Part shown: one piece after another, positions 28,278 through 39,300 of the stretch
Layout: the number at the start of each line of letters is the position of its first letter
How positions within the stretch are numbered: position 1 is the stretch's first letter
Source of the DNA: Eledone cirrhosa
Taxonomy: Eukaryota
DNA: 64,000 nt
NCBI GenBank assembly: GCA_964016885.1
Contig: OZ024743.1
Span: forward strand, 369,396,001 to 369,460,000
Direction: 5' to 3'
Notes under the pieces: generated by a model
The model's database searches: none
What the model was told of the DNA's origin: nothing
The model's input: only the letters and a program-made list of their open reading frames with translations
Position numbers and translations under genes: made by a program

Positions 28278-28320
28278 ATATTGGACTAGTTTCGATATTA
28301 TTACATCTCATCAGCAATAT
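28278..28320 (-). ncRNA. Minimal type I hammerhead ribozyme (unit 2)
   Basis: Same as unit 1 except one stem II change that turns G-C into G:U. Confidence 0.92.
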
Positions 28321-28899
28321 ATACCCATCTTCCGGCTTCTCTAGAGAATCGTAAAAGCACATATCGTTATATGCTTTTTCTATGAAAATTAGTAGTGGGC
28401 AGACTAATTTGCATAGAACGTGAGTCATTGTACGCACCGGTTCAGCGGAAACGATAAAAACAAATAACAAAACGAAATTAAATTTCGTTTCGCTTCTAAC
28501 TCGCTTTTGTATGACTGACGCTTAAACAATTAAGTTAAAAGTGTACATCTACATATGTATATGGAAATATTAGTATGCATATAAATACACACATGTATAC
28601 ATATGTACATGTACTGAGTTTTTCACTGGACACTTTACTGTGAGTGTCCAGTGTCCTGTCTGGCTCTCTGGAGAATAGAGGAAATGTGTTTCCTTGAAAA
28701 CCCGTATGACTCTAAAACCCGGTTTGTCTGTTTGGTTACGTACAGACTAGCTGGACACTCACAGTAAAGTGTCCAGTAAAAAACTCAGTACATGTACATA
28801 TATATACATGTGTGTATTTATATGCATACTAATATTTCCGTATACATATGTAGATGTACACTTTTAACTTAATTATTTATATTTATATATATGTATATT

Positions 28900-29002
<103 letters not shown>

Positions 29003-29009
29003 GTATATT

Positions 29010-29042
<33 letters not shown>

Positions 29043-29053
29043 ATATGTATATT

Positions 29054-29084
<31 letters not shown>

Positions 29085-29151
29085 ATATTTATATATATAT
29101 GTATATTTATATATATATGTATATTTATATATATATATTTATATATATATA

Positions 29152-29452
29152 TTATCATCATTTTACGTCCACTTTTCCCTGCTTGCAAGGGTGGGACGGG
29201 AACTGATGATAGCTTGATTTCTACAGCTGGTTGCCTTTCCTAACACCAACCTCATTTACAGTGAGTGCTGGGTGCTTTTTGCCGTGGCACCTCCATGACC
29301 ACTTTGCAGTGGAATGATAGGGACCCCAGTCCCTATCATCTCATTTCTACAGCTGAGTGAACTGGAGCAATGTGAAATAAACTGTCTTACTCAAGGAAAC
29401 AACACATCACCCGGTCTGAGAATTGAACTCACAACCATTCGATTGCATGGCC
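29152..29452 (-). mobile_element. SINE family B, 5'-truncated
   Basis: Reverse complement of the 7789 copy from the B box region to the (ATG)n tail. Confidence 0.88.
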
Positions 29453-29521
29453 AACCAAACAGTGAGTGTGTTCTGTTATTAATTCTGGCAATATTACACA
29501 AATATGACCTTCCCCAAGTAT

Positions 29522-29567
<46 letters not shown>

Positions 29568-29678
29568 TTTATGGTAGCTATTATGCTTCCATAGGCGGTA
29601 TGCCAGTTGAGCACTCTGTTCTTACAGAGCAGAGTGTGATTTATTATAAAACGAAAAATCAGTGATGCATCTGGACTC

Positions 29679-29787
29679 AATTTATTGCGTGTTACAATTG
29701 TTTCGCTGGCAGATAGCTCGAGACAGGATCATTGTATGGATCTGTCTGATTCTGGAACTGCAGGTTCGTCGGACACTGACAATAATT
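29679..29787 (-). ncRNA. Type I hammerhead variant in the Penelope 3' pLTR (base of stem II damaged)
   Basis: gtgt-CCGACGA-acc...agc-GAAA-CAATTG-TA^-acac. Same as the 33.3 kb copy but ggt is changed to agc. Confidence 0.65.
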
Positions 29788-30811
29788 CCGGATCAAATTT
29801 TCTCACCGGGCTGTTAGCGTCAAAATACATCTTCCTCGGTTGTCCTGCTATTGGCTGTTGTTTTTCTACGTCATCATAAATTATGGCCAATAGTTACTGT
29901 CAGACTGTCCATCAGCTACCTTCCGCCTGACACACTTCAATGAATTCATGGTGGGTTTGGTATTTCACAAGTCCACTCACACACAAATATACACAAGATG
30001 CAGCCTTTCATGGATGACCCTGTATGACCCTGTATTGTGCAGATTTATATGACTGTGAGGATATCATATTTGAGTACGGACAGATATATGTATACGTGTA
30101 TGTATCTTTGTAGATGTACGTCGGCACGGAGGTAATTGGGCGTGTATTTGTTTGAATATATACACAGATATAAACATTATAATCATATACATACATCCAT
30201 ACGCATTCACGTAACATATATAACTCTCTCTACATACACACACACACACACATATATATATATACTCTCTCTACATACACACACACATATATATACGTAT
30301 ACACATATACACACATATAAAAACAATAAAATAAATATACAATATATTAAAATATGCATATGTCACACAGAGATATATAAAAAAAAGAGGAGAAAGAACG
30401 AGGGATGTGTATGCGTATGATATAGTACACATGGGGAGTATGAGATGCACACTTAGGTCTGTATATGGAACAAATAATATGTGTTCCAAAATGGAACACG
30501 TGGAGAGTATGTATTCACGATCGAAAAGGTACACATGCACAGGGGTACGTAGCCCGGTCATACTGGAGTATGTCACTGTGGTTGAGGTGTGTTGTCCTAT
30601 AGGTGTAGGTATTTGACTGAAAGACTGTGGAATCTGGGTCAACCTGTCCCGGCTCAGGCGATATTCCTGCCTAGGGTGACGTGCAGAGTTGGGTATGCAT
30701 CTTGGGTTATTTTGGTTTACCCCACGGAGCATATATTGTCATCAGGGTATGGTGTCTGATCCCTTGAACCTGTTTCGTCACTCTGGTCGGCGCGTGCTCC
30801 GCCGCGAGCCC

Positions 30812-33268
30812 TTAGCCTGGGCTTCCCAGAGGATTCCATGTGGAGAGTGTGCACCTTCTCTGGTGTCTGCAGGTCATAATAATTTCCGATTTCAGGTTGA
30901 CTGAATCATCCTTCAGTCTGACTATTTCCATGGCCTTGTATAGGCATAGGCTACACTTTCTACTTCCAGCCGGGTATGCATTCGCGTGCTGAACGATACT
31001 CCAGTCAAGGACGTACGGGGTGCCTTTGTCTTTCAGGTCCCACACCAGGTCCGCTAGCCTAGTGGAGTGCCTCTTGCTTCGGTCCTTGAAGGAGTTTGTG
31101 TGGTTATACATCCGCAATTTAAAGGTCGTAGATGTTGCGCTGATGTAGGTGCGCTTTACATTGTGGGTGCTAACCACACATTTGTATACCAGGCCCTTCG
31201 TCAGGCATCTTCCCTGTAGGGGGCACTGGGTGCCTGCTCTGCAGTTACGTATTCTGTCATTGTTTTATTCACTTTGGACGCCTGGCCCTCGATCTGCGAG
31301 CGCCCTCTCCTGATTCTCAGGGTGTTGTTCTGCCGGCACGATGGTCTCCTCCCCACCCGCCACTCGTTCCCTCCTGGCGTTGGATTGTATTGCCTATTGC
31401 GGGCGTGGCAGCCGCCGCGGGGGCCGGGTTATTAGAAGGCCAGTCCCCCGAAGGGTCCTCCATGCTCCAATGGACGGTCATTCTGCCGCCGCAGTTGACG
31501 GTCGATGTTCCCCATCTTTACCGCGTTGGTTATGGCCCTGTAGTCGGCCATGTTAGGTGCTGTGGAGAAGGAAAACTTCACCAGTGGGGGTTGAAAATCT
31601 TGTGGTATTTGTTTGACGGCGGGAAGCACTTGTCTAATGCCTGGAAAAAAAGCCCTGGCACATTGCTGCGTACATGTTTAGAGTATGGCGCGTTAAACCA
31701 TGTAACGGCCTTAGATCTAGTCTTGTTCTTTTGTGTGTGTGTAGTAGTGTGAGTGTGCCCTGGGTCTGATTGCCGTTTCGGGTTTTGCCCGCCCATTATT
31801 ACATCCCCTATGTTGCCTCTATCTGTATGTCTGCTGTGGGCGCCATGGTTATGCCTTTCACTTACTAAGGTATTCCGTTCTATATTGTCGGCTCTACTGT
31901 TAGTCTCCTTAAAGCTATGTGGTGCTGCTGTCGGGCCTATACCACTACTACCAGGCCGGGTGTTCCCTCTAGCGGGTGCCGCGTCCATACTTGTCGTTAC
32001 CCTGTCTCTAGTTCCAGTTACCGCGATGCATGTAGTGTTCGTGCCAGGCCCATGCCTACATGTACTGGGTGGTCTAGCGCCCATGTGTGCCTTCGTCCGT
32101 CCTATTGTTGGTCCTGTGTCATTAAGGTGAACTGTGTTGCTACTCGTGTTCTTGTAGACTAGTACCAGGTCATTTCTTCTACCTATGGAAGTGCCACCTT
32201 TATTGCCGTATCCGCATGCCTCGGCGCTAGGCTCTTCTCTGTCTGGGGTATACACTATGCTATCTGTGTAACCGGTCCTGCGCAGTGCCTCATTATAATA
32301 GTCGGCGTGCTGTTTAAACGCGTCTGCGTTGGCCAACAGGGTGGATACGCGTTTCGATACCCTATTGCTTTTATGACTGATCTGGGGTGGTTTGATTGCC
32401 TGTTCACATATTGCAGGTTCTCATTGGGCTTGTGAGAAGGTCGGTGGATGCCCGTATTCATTTCCAGGGTAACGTCCAGGAAATTCACCATCTTAGTGCT
32501 AGGATCTAACGTCACGGATAAGCTGTGTTGCTTTAAAAAATGCGATATGCGCCTTCTCATACACTCCATCTGGCTGGGGTTTAGGGAACAGAAGGTGAAA
32601 AGTGCGTCGTCCCTGTATATTCCTCCGCCGATCCCTGGGATCTCCTCTGCTAACCTATGGAGGAGATAGATCCCCACTACATCGGTCACCTGCGCCAAGT
32701 CACTTGACCCCATGGTGATATCGAAACTGTCGGGTCTGTCCCTCCTCTCCCATAACTTGTCTTTGAATCTAATTAGCGTCTTTCTAGCTGCTACTATGAG
32801 GCTAGCCTCCTCCCTAGTGAGGTTGGACTTGGCCATGGCGCTCATGAGGGCCTTGTTCACTATTACAGGTGATACTGACATGTAGTAATTATCTATGTCT
32901 AATTAATAAAATTTACCTGCTGTTTGTTACCTATTAGCGAGAACCAGTCAATTAACTCCTTAGTGGAGGTCCTTAAGCTAAGTCTAGTTTTGTTTCTAAG
33001 TACCGGTAATATCCTGTCTATGATATTCTTGCTGGTCCTACCTATGTCGGATTTGGAGGGTGCTATTGACCTAACCGGTAGTTTTGTTTTAAAGTCTAAT
33101 TTATGGTCCTTAATAGATATCCGAGGTTTTCTAGGTACATATAATTCGGTCCTATCATCTATTCCTAGCCTGGTCATTATTTTTTTGGTCGTGGCGTTAA
33201 TGTTATCTAAGTTGTCCTGTCCTGTGTTCCTGTAAATTTTCCTAATCTCTTTCCCGATGCAGTTTTGT
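30812..33268 (-). pseudogene. Penelope-like RT plus GIY-YIG endonuclease, frameshifted
   Basis: ORF pieces 32899-33423, 32255-32881, 31578-32336, 31432-31629 and 30812-31177 join into one RT-linker-EN polypeptide. Confidence 0.88.
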
Positions 33269-33320
33269 CCGAGGAAGATGTTTTTTGACGTTAACACCCC
33301 AGTGAGAAAATTTGATCCGG

Positions 33321-33429
33321 AATTATTGCCAGTGTCCGACGAACCTGCAGTTCCAGAATCAGACAGATCCATACAATGATCCTGTCTCGAGCTATCTGCC
33401 GGTGAAACAATTGTAACACGCAATAAATT
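33321..33429 (+). ncRNA. Type I hammerhead variant (U4C core, about 60-nt stem II) in the inverted Penelope pLTR
   Basis: tattgc-ca-gtgt-CCGACGA-acc.gcag...ctgc.ggt-GAAA-CAATTG-TA^-acac-gcaata. Bulged stem I, palindromic stem III, predicted cut after 33415. Confidence 0.78.
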
Positions 33430-33480
33430 GAGTCCAGATGCATCACTGATTTTTCATTTTATATTATATTATATATATGT

Positions 33481-33664
33481 GGACGGTGGATTGGCAGTAT
33501 CGGTAGAGGGTCGGACGCCATGCTTTCCAGCATAGTTACGTCCCTTTGTGATCTGAGTTCAAATCCCGCCGAGGTTGACTTTGCCTTTCATCCTTACGGG
33601 GTCGATAAAATAAAGTACCAGTAATGCACTGGATAATTGCTGGCCTTGTGCCTAAAGTAGAAAC

Positions 33665-33668
<4 letters not shown>
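33481..33668 (+). mobile_element. SINE family A, full length
   Basis: tRNA-like head, B box GAGTTCAAATCCC and conserved gcctttcatccttacggggtcgataaaataaagtaccag. (TA)n on both flanks. Confidence 0.9.
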
Positions 33669-33716
<48 letters not shown>

Positions 33717-34489
33717 TTAGGTGGCCGTGTGTGTACGCGGTCAGCTGCATGCAGATAGGTGAGTGTGCGTGTGCGAGCGCATGTACTCGGGTGAAGTCCT
33801 GCTTTCGAGGTTTTTTGTGGTGATTCTTGGCACTTCCCTCGTAATCATTTTCACTTCTCATTGTTACAGATGATCCATTTTTTGTCTCTCAGTTACCACT
33901 TTCTTCAAAAAGGAATCGTTTTCACGTTTAAGGAAGGAATCAGAGATGGAAATCCATTTGGTGAGGTTGGTTTCATTCAATTGATGGGGAACCGAAACAT
34001 TGACCCTGCTGATCTAACCAAGTATATGCACATGGTTTTCAAAACTTGATTTGGATATCTGGAGAATATCTGTGATCTTTCTGGTTGTAAGATGGGAGTT
34101 GGTGTCGACTAACTCCATCACTTGGTCACTATTAAACAAGCCAAAAGCAGTTTCTGTATGAGCAAGACATGGTCACCTGAACTGGCTTATCTCACAACAG
34201 GACAACTCATTTAACCCATGTTAGCGTGGATAAATGGATGTTAATCGGTGATGATGAGGATGATGATATATTTATATTCTCCTTGCATACATTCCACTCA
34301 TATCAAGAGAATGTCTTCACATGCTACTGTGATGTCTTCACGTTTTCTAAGGCAATATTTGGTCGTAATTTAAAAAAAAATATTTACTCCTGTATCTACA
34401 TATTGATATTTGCTCAGTTTCACATGATCCTGCATAGGGTGAAAGCAGAAATTGTCTGCTTAATCTTTTAATCTGAACTAATAATATAT

Positions 34490-35258
34490 ATATGAAATAC
34501 GTGAAGTTGTATATCTGGCAACATATGGTATGTTTATAAATAAACATTTTGAAAGCCTTCCGCCATGAATTTGAAAACTGACAGCATAGTGCCATCTAGT
34601 GTGTTCCAACAGCAACTAAGTACGGGCAACCAGTGAGGATGACATCATCATTTCTGACTTTTGTCGTTATCAAACTGGTGCTGCCGACCGCTTACTGTTG
34701 GAACATAATATAAACTAAAACAAGTAGTTTCGAAACCTCTTTACATTGGCTGATCAGCCAAATTTGCATATAGAGTTACAGCTGGCTCAGCCAAAGATAT
34801 TATATATATATATGTTTACAAATGAATCAAACATTATTCTTAATGTTTGATATAACCCATACGTATATATATATGTGTGTGTACGTGTGCATACTTACAT
34901 TTATGTATCAGTGAGAAATAAAATTCTAATTTTATTTTTAATATTCAGTAAGGCCAGCCGTAACTCGCTCTGTATGCAAATGAGCTACTCAGCTGATGTG
35001 TACTTGAGAAAATACTATATATTTTCAACCGTTCATGAAGGGTAATGATCCAGAAACATGTTGATTGTTCCTCAAAGCCAATGTTGAACAAACAGGTGAC
35101 AATTGGTCACCAGCACAGCACAGCTTCAAATCGGGCCGTTTGTTTACAAACAAATCGAACATGTTCAATATAACCCATATGTACATATGTATGTGTATAT
35201 ATGTGTGTGTGTATGTATGTATATATATATATATATGTGTGTACGTGTGCATACTTAC

Positions 35259-35262
<4 letters not shown>
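34490..35262. mobile_element. Decayed head-to-head relatives of the 424-bp retrozyme unit
   Basis: 34813-35262 (+, 328-bp period) aligns by eye to the reverse complement of 26002-26582, with an octamer at 34974-34981 and a broken hammerhead at 35026-35067 (TTCATGA...GAAA-CATG-TT). 34490-34795 is an oppositely oriented piece with an octamer at 34762-34769. Confidence 0.65.
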
Positions 35263-35299
<37 letters not shown>

Positions 35300-35618
35300 G
35301 TTTTCAAAATGTATAATAGGAAAACATTGACCCCTATTAACACCATTTTTTTTTTATTGGTTTCTTTTCCTTTGTCTGGCCTTCCTTCCTTTTATCTATT
35401 TATTCCTGCTCTGTTCTAGATTTTTTACTTGGTAGAAATTTGGCTTAGATTTACTTGACATATTGTCTCCATTTAAATTTAGTTTGTCCTCTAACAGGAG
35501 GAGGGGGGGGGGGTTATTTTTATCAGCAAAATGTTAATAATAGTTATTACCAAGTCAGTGAGACAAAAAAAGCTGAATATTTTTGTTGTTGTCCTGACTC
35601 TGTGTGTGTGTATATATA

Positions 35619-35999
35619 TCATCATCATCATCATCATTTTACGTTCGCTTTTCCCTGCTTGCAAGGGTTGGACGGGAACTGATTCTGGCTTGATTTCTAC
35701 AACTGGATGCCCTTCCTAACACCAACCTCATTTACAGTGAGTGCTGGGTGCTTTTTTGTTGTGGCACCTCCACGTCCACTTTACAGTGTGCTTTTTTTGC
35801 CGTGGCACCACCACGACCACTTTGCAATGGAATGATAGGGACCCCGGTCCTATCATCTCATTTCTACAGCTGAGTAAACTGGAGCAATGTGAAATAAAGT
35901 GTCTTGCTCAAGGACACAACACATCACCCGGTCTGAGAATTGAACTCACAAACTTTCGACTGCAAGGCCAATGCTCTAACTACTAAGCCATGTGCCTCC
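35619..35999 (-). mobile_element. SINE family B
   Basis: Full head to (ATG)n tail, with TA repeats on both sides. Confidence 0.9.
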
Positions 36000-36017
36000 A
36001 TATATATATATATATAT

Positions 36018-36048
<31 letters not shown>

Positions 36049-36381
36049 ACGTTTAACGTCCGTGTTCCACGCTTGCATGGGTTTGGACGGGGGTAGTCCC
36101 ACTTGAGGCAAGAGTGATTGTCTTGCTCGCATAGGACTGTCTGGCAGGTTTTCTACAGTTGGATGCCCTTCCTAACACCAACCACATTTACAGTGTGGGT
36201 CTGGGAGGTTTTTACCGTGTTGCCCACACGGCCACATTACAGCGTGGACTGTGTGTTTCTTTGTCGTGACACCTACACGATCTCATTTGTTTCGGCCTGG
36301 ATGGCGCGGCACCAACATAACTTTACATAGGACGGGGTGGTGTGGATGGGTGGGGGTGGTGGCGGGACGGGGTGTATTTTG

Positions 36382-39300
36382 TTAGAGATGCCTACTGGCA
36401 AGGCGGGTCTTCTCTGTTACTGAGTACCGCCAAAGGTCTCGGTCCAGTGACATTGTCTTGGAGAGGTGTAAGTGTGTGAGGTCGGAGTTTATCAGCTCGT
36501 CCCAGGTTTTTCTAGGTCTGCCTATTCCGTGGCTACCGTCTATCTTTATTGCCCTGCACTTTGTCATACAGCTATCGACTTTCATGCGCATCACGTGTCC
36601 ATACCAACGTAGCCTTCTCTCGAGTAAACAACATCTGATCCCTCTTATCTCTAATTTTTTCCTTAGTTCGTTTATGCTTTGCCGTTCACGTATATTACTG
36701 TTACACATCCAGCGGAGCATGCAAGCTTCGTTCCTCTCTAGTCTGCGTATATCCTCTGCACACAATGCCCAGGTCTCACTGCCATGCAACATTGCTGTTC
36801 GTATGCAGGCATCGTACAACCTGCCTTTCATTTTTAGGGAGAACCCTTTAGCAGCTAATAGTGGTATAAGCTCTCTGAACTTTTTCCAACCAGTTCTGAC
36901 TCTAGCTACAGTACTTTCAGAGCACCCTCCCCCACTGCTGATTTTATCGCCCAGGTAACGGAAGCTGTCCACTATTTCTATAGAACCCTCTGCGCAATTG
37001 AAAGAGCTAGTATTTTGTGGGCACTTGCTGCTACTTATTGCACCAGAACACCGGCCACATGTAAAATCTATGTTCTTAGTTAGCTTACCTGTGATCCCAC
37101 TACATCTTTTATGCACCCATACTTTGCATTTAGGACATAAAATGGAGTTTCTACCTACGCCTTTCCTACACACCGAGCACGACCATTTCCCAGAAGGGAC
37201 CGCCGCCTTGTTTTCTTTCCTACAAACTAGAACTTTGGTCTTAGCCAGGTTAATTTTAAGTCCTTTTGACTCTAGGCCGTGCTTCCATGTTTGGAATTTC
37301 TTCTCTAGCTCGACCATTGATTCCGCTATGAGTGTCAGGTCGTCTGCGTATAGGAGTTCCCATGGGCAGCCTGTCTTGAACTCCTCTGTTATAGCCTGAA
37401 GGGCAATAATAAATAGTAGGGGGCTGAGAACAGAGCCCTGATGGACGCCAACTTTTACGCTAAACTCTTCACTATATTCGTTGTTAATTCTAACCTTGCT
37501 GACTGTTTCTTTATACATGGCTTGTATAGCCCTCACAAGCCATTCGTCAACGCCTAGTTTTCTAAGAGCCCACCAGATAATGGAGCGGGGGACTCTGTCG
37601 AAGGCTTTCTCCAAGTCGACAAAAGCTAAGTAGAGGGGTTTACCTTTAGCTAGGAACTTCTCCTGTAGTTGTCGTACTATGAAAAGAGCGTCTGTGGTAC
37701 TTTTGCCTGACACAAACCCGAACTGCATTTCATCTAGGTCAATTCTCTCTCTGATTAGTTGCGCTATTACTTTTTCCGTGACCTTCATGACCTGGTCGAT
37801 TAATTTAATGCCTCTATAGTTACTCCTATCTAGGGCGTCTCCTTTACCCTTATAACAGTTAACGATGATGCTGCTATGCCAGTCCTTCGGAACAACCCCA
37901 TTCTGTACGACTTGGTTAACTATGCGGGTGACCATGGTGTGTCCCACCGTGCCAGATGCCTTCAGCATCTCAGCAACTATTTCCGAAGGCCCAGCCGCCT
38001 TACCTGTCTTCATATCCTTGATTGCCTTACTTATTATACTCCCCTCGACTAACACTGCTGGTCCCTCTATTGGGTCGATATGGGGGAGACTGTCTTTCTC
38101 CCATTTATTCTCCTCATTTAGTAGCCTTTCATAGTGACACTTCCAAGCTACCTTCTTATCAGTGTCGGTGATGGCAAGTATGCCATCATCGTTAAGTACA
38201 CACTTCTCCCCGACAATATCACGGTTTTCCTTGACGCATTGCCTAGCAATCCTGAACACCTCACGTTTTTGGTCCTCGCGTTGTAGGACATGCTTGAACT
38301 TTCTTTCCTCAGCTTCCCTTCTTGCTAAGTACACTTCTCTCCTAGCTTCCCTCCTGGCCACTTGATAGTCTACTCTACTTCCCCCATCCCGCCATACTTT
38401 CCAAGCCTGCTTTTTGGCCTTAATTGACCCCTCCACCTTACTGTTCCACCACCATGTTACTCTCCTCCTGCCTACAGGCCTGCTCCAGCCACAGACTTCG
38501 TCTGTCGCCAACAGCAGGTTTGCTTTCAGAAATTCCCACTGTCCTTCTATATTGTCCGACTCTAAATGTTCTTCCTTACTGTCGAAAGCATCAAGTAATA
38601 TGTTTTGAAATTTATTTTTGGCTGTGGGGTCCTTTAGCTTCCATATTTTTCTCCTGAGGATAGTCCTCTTCTGCTGTCGAGTACGTCTCGTCCTGACTAT
38701 GAGGTCGCTAATTATCAGTCTATGTTGGGAGGTGCATTCTTCATGGGGGAGGGATTTAGTGTTTACAACAGACACTCTGTCACGTCTTCTGGTAAGGATA
38801 TAATCTACCTGGCTTGTGTGTTCCCCGGATCTATAGGTGATCAGGTGATTGTCACGTTTTTTGAAGTTAGTGTTACAGATAGTTAGGTTATTTGCATCAC
38901 AGAATTCCAGGATTCTGGAGCCTTCCTCATTTCTAGTACCAAACCCATAGCCTCCATGGATTTCGTCGTAGCCGTCACAATGTTGCCCAACGTGACCATT
39001 TAGGTCGCCTGCAATAATTATATAGTCACTGTCAGATATTTGGGAGGTAGTGAGCATCAGTGCCTCATAGAATCTGTCTTTTATAGTGCCGGGCAGTCCG
39101 GATTGGGGTGCGTACGCAGATATTACTGTCACCGTAGTTCTATTGAGGACAAGTCGTATTTTAATTATTCTGTCGTTCACTCTATTTACGTCTATTATCT
39201 TATCTGCCCACTTTTCTGCTACCATGATTCGTACTCCACCCAGCCCATCGTCGTTTCCCACCCAGAAAAGCTTATAACATCGTTTTTTACCCTCAATGAA

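Larger units (their letters stand above)
27514..28874 (-). mobile_element. Retrozyme-like element: about 2.4 tandem 471-bp units plus an inverted 220-bp segment
   Basis: Unit starts at 27514, 27985 and 28456. 28654-28874 is the reverse complement of part of the unit. One hammerhead per full unit. (TA)n on both flanks. Confidence 0.85.
29645..33463 (-). mobile_element. 5'-truncated Penelope-like retroelement (probably Naiad clade) with a 3' pLTR and an inverted pLTR copy at the 5' junction
   Basis: Frameshifted RT (FDITMGS, GIYRDD, FLDVTL, YVNRQSNHP), WFNAPYS linker, NCx5Cx5C and a GIY-YIG-type endonuclease (GLVY...YIS, CSLC, SEIIMTCRH) ending at 30812. 29645-29839 and 33269-33463 are inverted copies of about 195 bp. 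Clade call is from recalled motifs. Confidence 0.88.

Noticed and set aside
27763-28470. Two identical 78-aa ORFs
   Set aside because: They result from the 471-bp duplication, have a non-ATG start and no recognisable domain, and overlap the ribozyme. Coding on a circular RNA cannot be excluded but is unsupported.
29685-29879. Repeated peptide MRVTIVS.ADSSRQDHCMDLSDSG (also the start of ORF 32899-33423)
   Set aside because: It is the antisense reading of the hammerhead-bearing pLTR, fused by the inversion to the truncated RT frame.
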